Positions 62,699-64,000 of a DNA stretch of 64,000 bases are shown here, piece by piece (positions within the stretch are counted from its first letter, which is position 1; every line of letters begins with the position of its first letter). The translations under genes and the position numbers were made by a program. The notes below the pieces were generated by a model. The model was given only the letters and a program-made list of their open reading frames with translations, was not told where the DNA came from and searched no databases. The stretch comes from Felis catus (taxonomy: Eukaryota): assembly GCF_018350175.1 (NCBI RefSeq), contig NC_058368.1, positions 233,122,001-233,186,000 on the forward strand, in the 5' to 3' direction.

Positions 62699-64000
62699 AA
62701 AGGTATGTTCTTTTTTAATGTGTGACAACTATAAACGTATTTGAGACCTCACGTGGCAATTTCTGGGTTTTGGCAATGTGGCTTGGAGATTTCAGTATGT
62801 TCCCAAGTTTTCTGAGTCCGAGGCCGAGAAGTGACAACAGTGGGTTCTTTTGGAAAGATGGTTCTAGAGTGACAGCAGATGTAACAAGAGCTGGTTTAGC
62901 AATTTTGTGGTCAGCGAGTTAGATTTCAAGCGAATTTACAGAGAATGCTCATAGGAGTGCGATATAGTCAATCTTCTCCTTTGGGATTACTTGATTAGGT
63001 TTAGCATTCTGTACTTGAGATTTGTTATTAGCTAAGGCTTACACCAATGACCTAGGAAAATGACACGCAACTGGGGTCATGTGCATCAAATTACATGAAA
63101 AATTAAAATACCGAGGTTGCTTAGCACAGCTGCTTGCTATGAGATCCATTTCTAATAAAGATGATTATCATGGAACAAGGAGATGCATCTAAGGCTCTAA
63201 AGCCCAAAGGCATAATATAGTCGCCAAGGAAATAGGCAAAGACAGAAAAAGTGAGGAATTATTTCCCAACTTATGTTGTTGAGCATCAGGAATCAGGAAG
63301 AAATGTTCACTCTTTATGAAGAGAGAACCAAAGCTCTTCGGAGGGAATCTTCCGGCTGCCATCATCCTGGACCGATTCGAATTTGAAGTCACAAGTGACC
63401 TCTGTCTAGACGACACTTTCAAAGCTGCACCTAGCACTCCTGTGTTCTCTAATCCAAGTTCTTCTACTTTTGCCTCTGGCTCATGCCTTATCAAGTAGGG
63501 CCATGAAATAACCAGTCAGTCCTCAGCCAAACTTTAGAATAACAGCAGAGACAACAGCAAACACGTCCTGTTTGTGTGTTCTTTCTTGTGCTGCACGTGC
63601 TAAAAATAAAATGCCATTAGCTACCAGAGTCAAGGCAGAGCCTATAATTTGTCTGGCAGCTGGAATTGTATTTTTTTTTTTATTAGTCCTAACAGTGTAT
63701 CCTTGCGGTGGAGAATTACATGGTAAAACAGATTTTTTTTTAAAAAATGGTAAAAAGCTTTTTTTTTTTTTTTTAATACGTGCTTGGGAAAGCGGCCAGC
63801 GACAACAACAAAAATAGTCACTCCGCACACGAAGTCTGCAGCAAGGGTGGACAAGTGGGGAAGTCACGTGAGCACAGGTAGGGGACACTGGCAGGATGCG
63901 GAAGGCTGCGGAGCAAAGAGCGTCTCTCGCGACGAGGACAGTTTATGGGGGAGTCTCGACCCCCCAGGGATAAGCTGAGATAATATGCACCGGGCTACCG

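Overview
Mammalian genomic DNA, almost certainly from a cat or other felid (about 30 carnivore tRNA-derived Can-SINEs, many of the young feline type, plus carnivore L1s). I find no intact host protein-coding gene. The main signal is in the non-repeat sequence between ~1.7 and ~24.2 kb on the + strand. After mentally removing the inserted transposons, it reads as a heavily decayed, colinear, near genome-length endogenous bornavirus-like element. Apparent order: N-like, a second N-like copy, G-like, a possible M-like segment, then a long L (RdRp/PRNTase)-like gene. It is broken up by SINEs, L1, L2, MIR, MER33 and MLT1 insertions, so it is probably very old. A CpG island follows it (~24.9-26.5 kb). 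The remainder is gene-poor and repeat-rich, with a near full-length minus-strand L1 (~54.7-61.3 kb) carrying a 343-bp tandem duplication in its 5' UTR. All viral assignments are by-eye, frameshift-tolerant comparisons with Borna disease virus 1 (BoDV-1) proteins recalled from memory and need confirming by alignment. Repeat family names and most boundaries are approximate.
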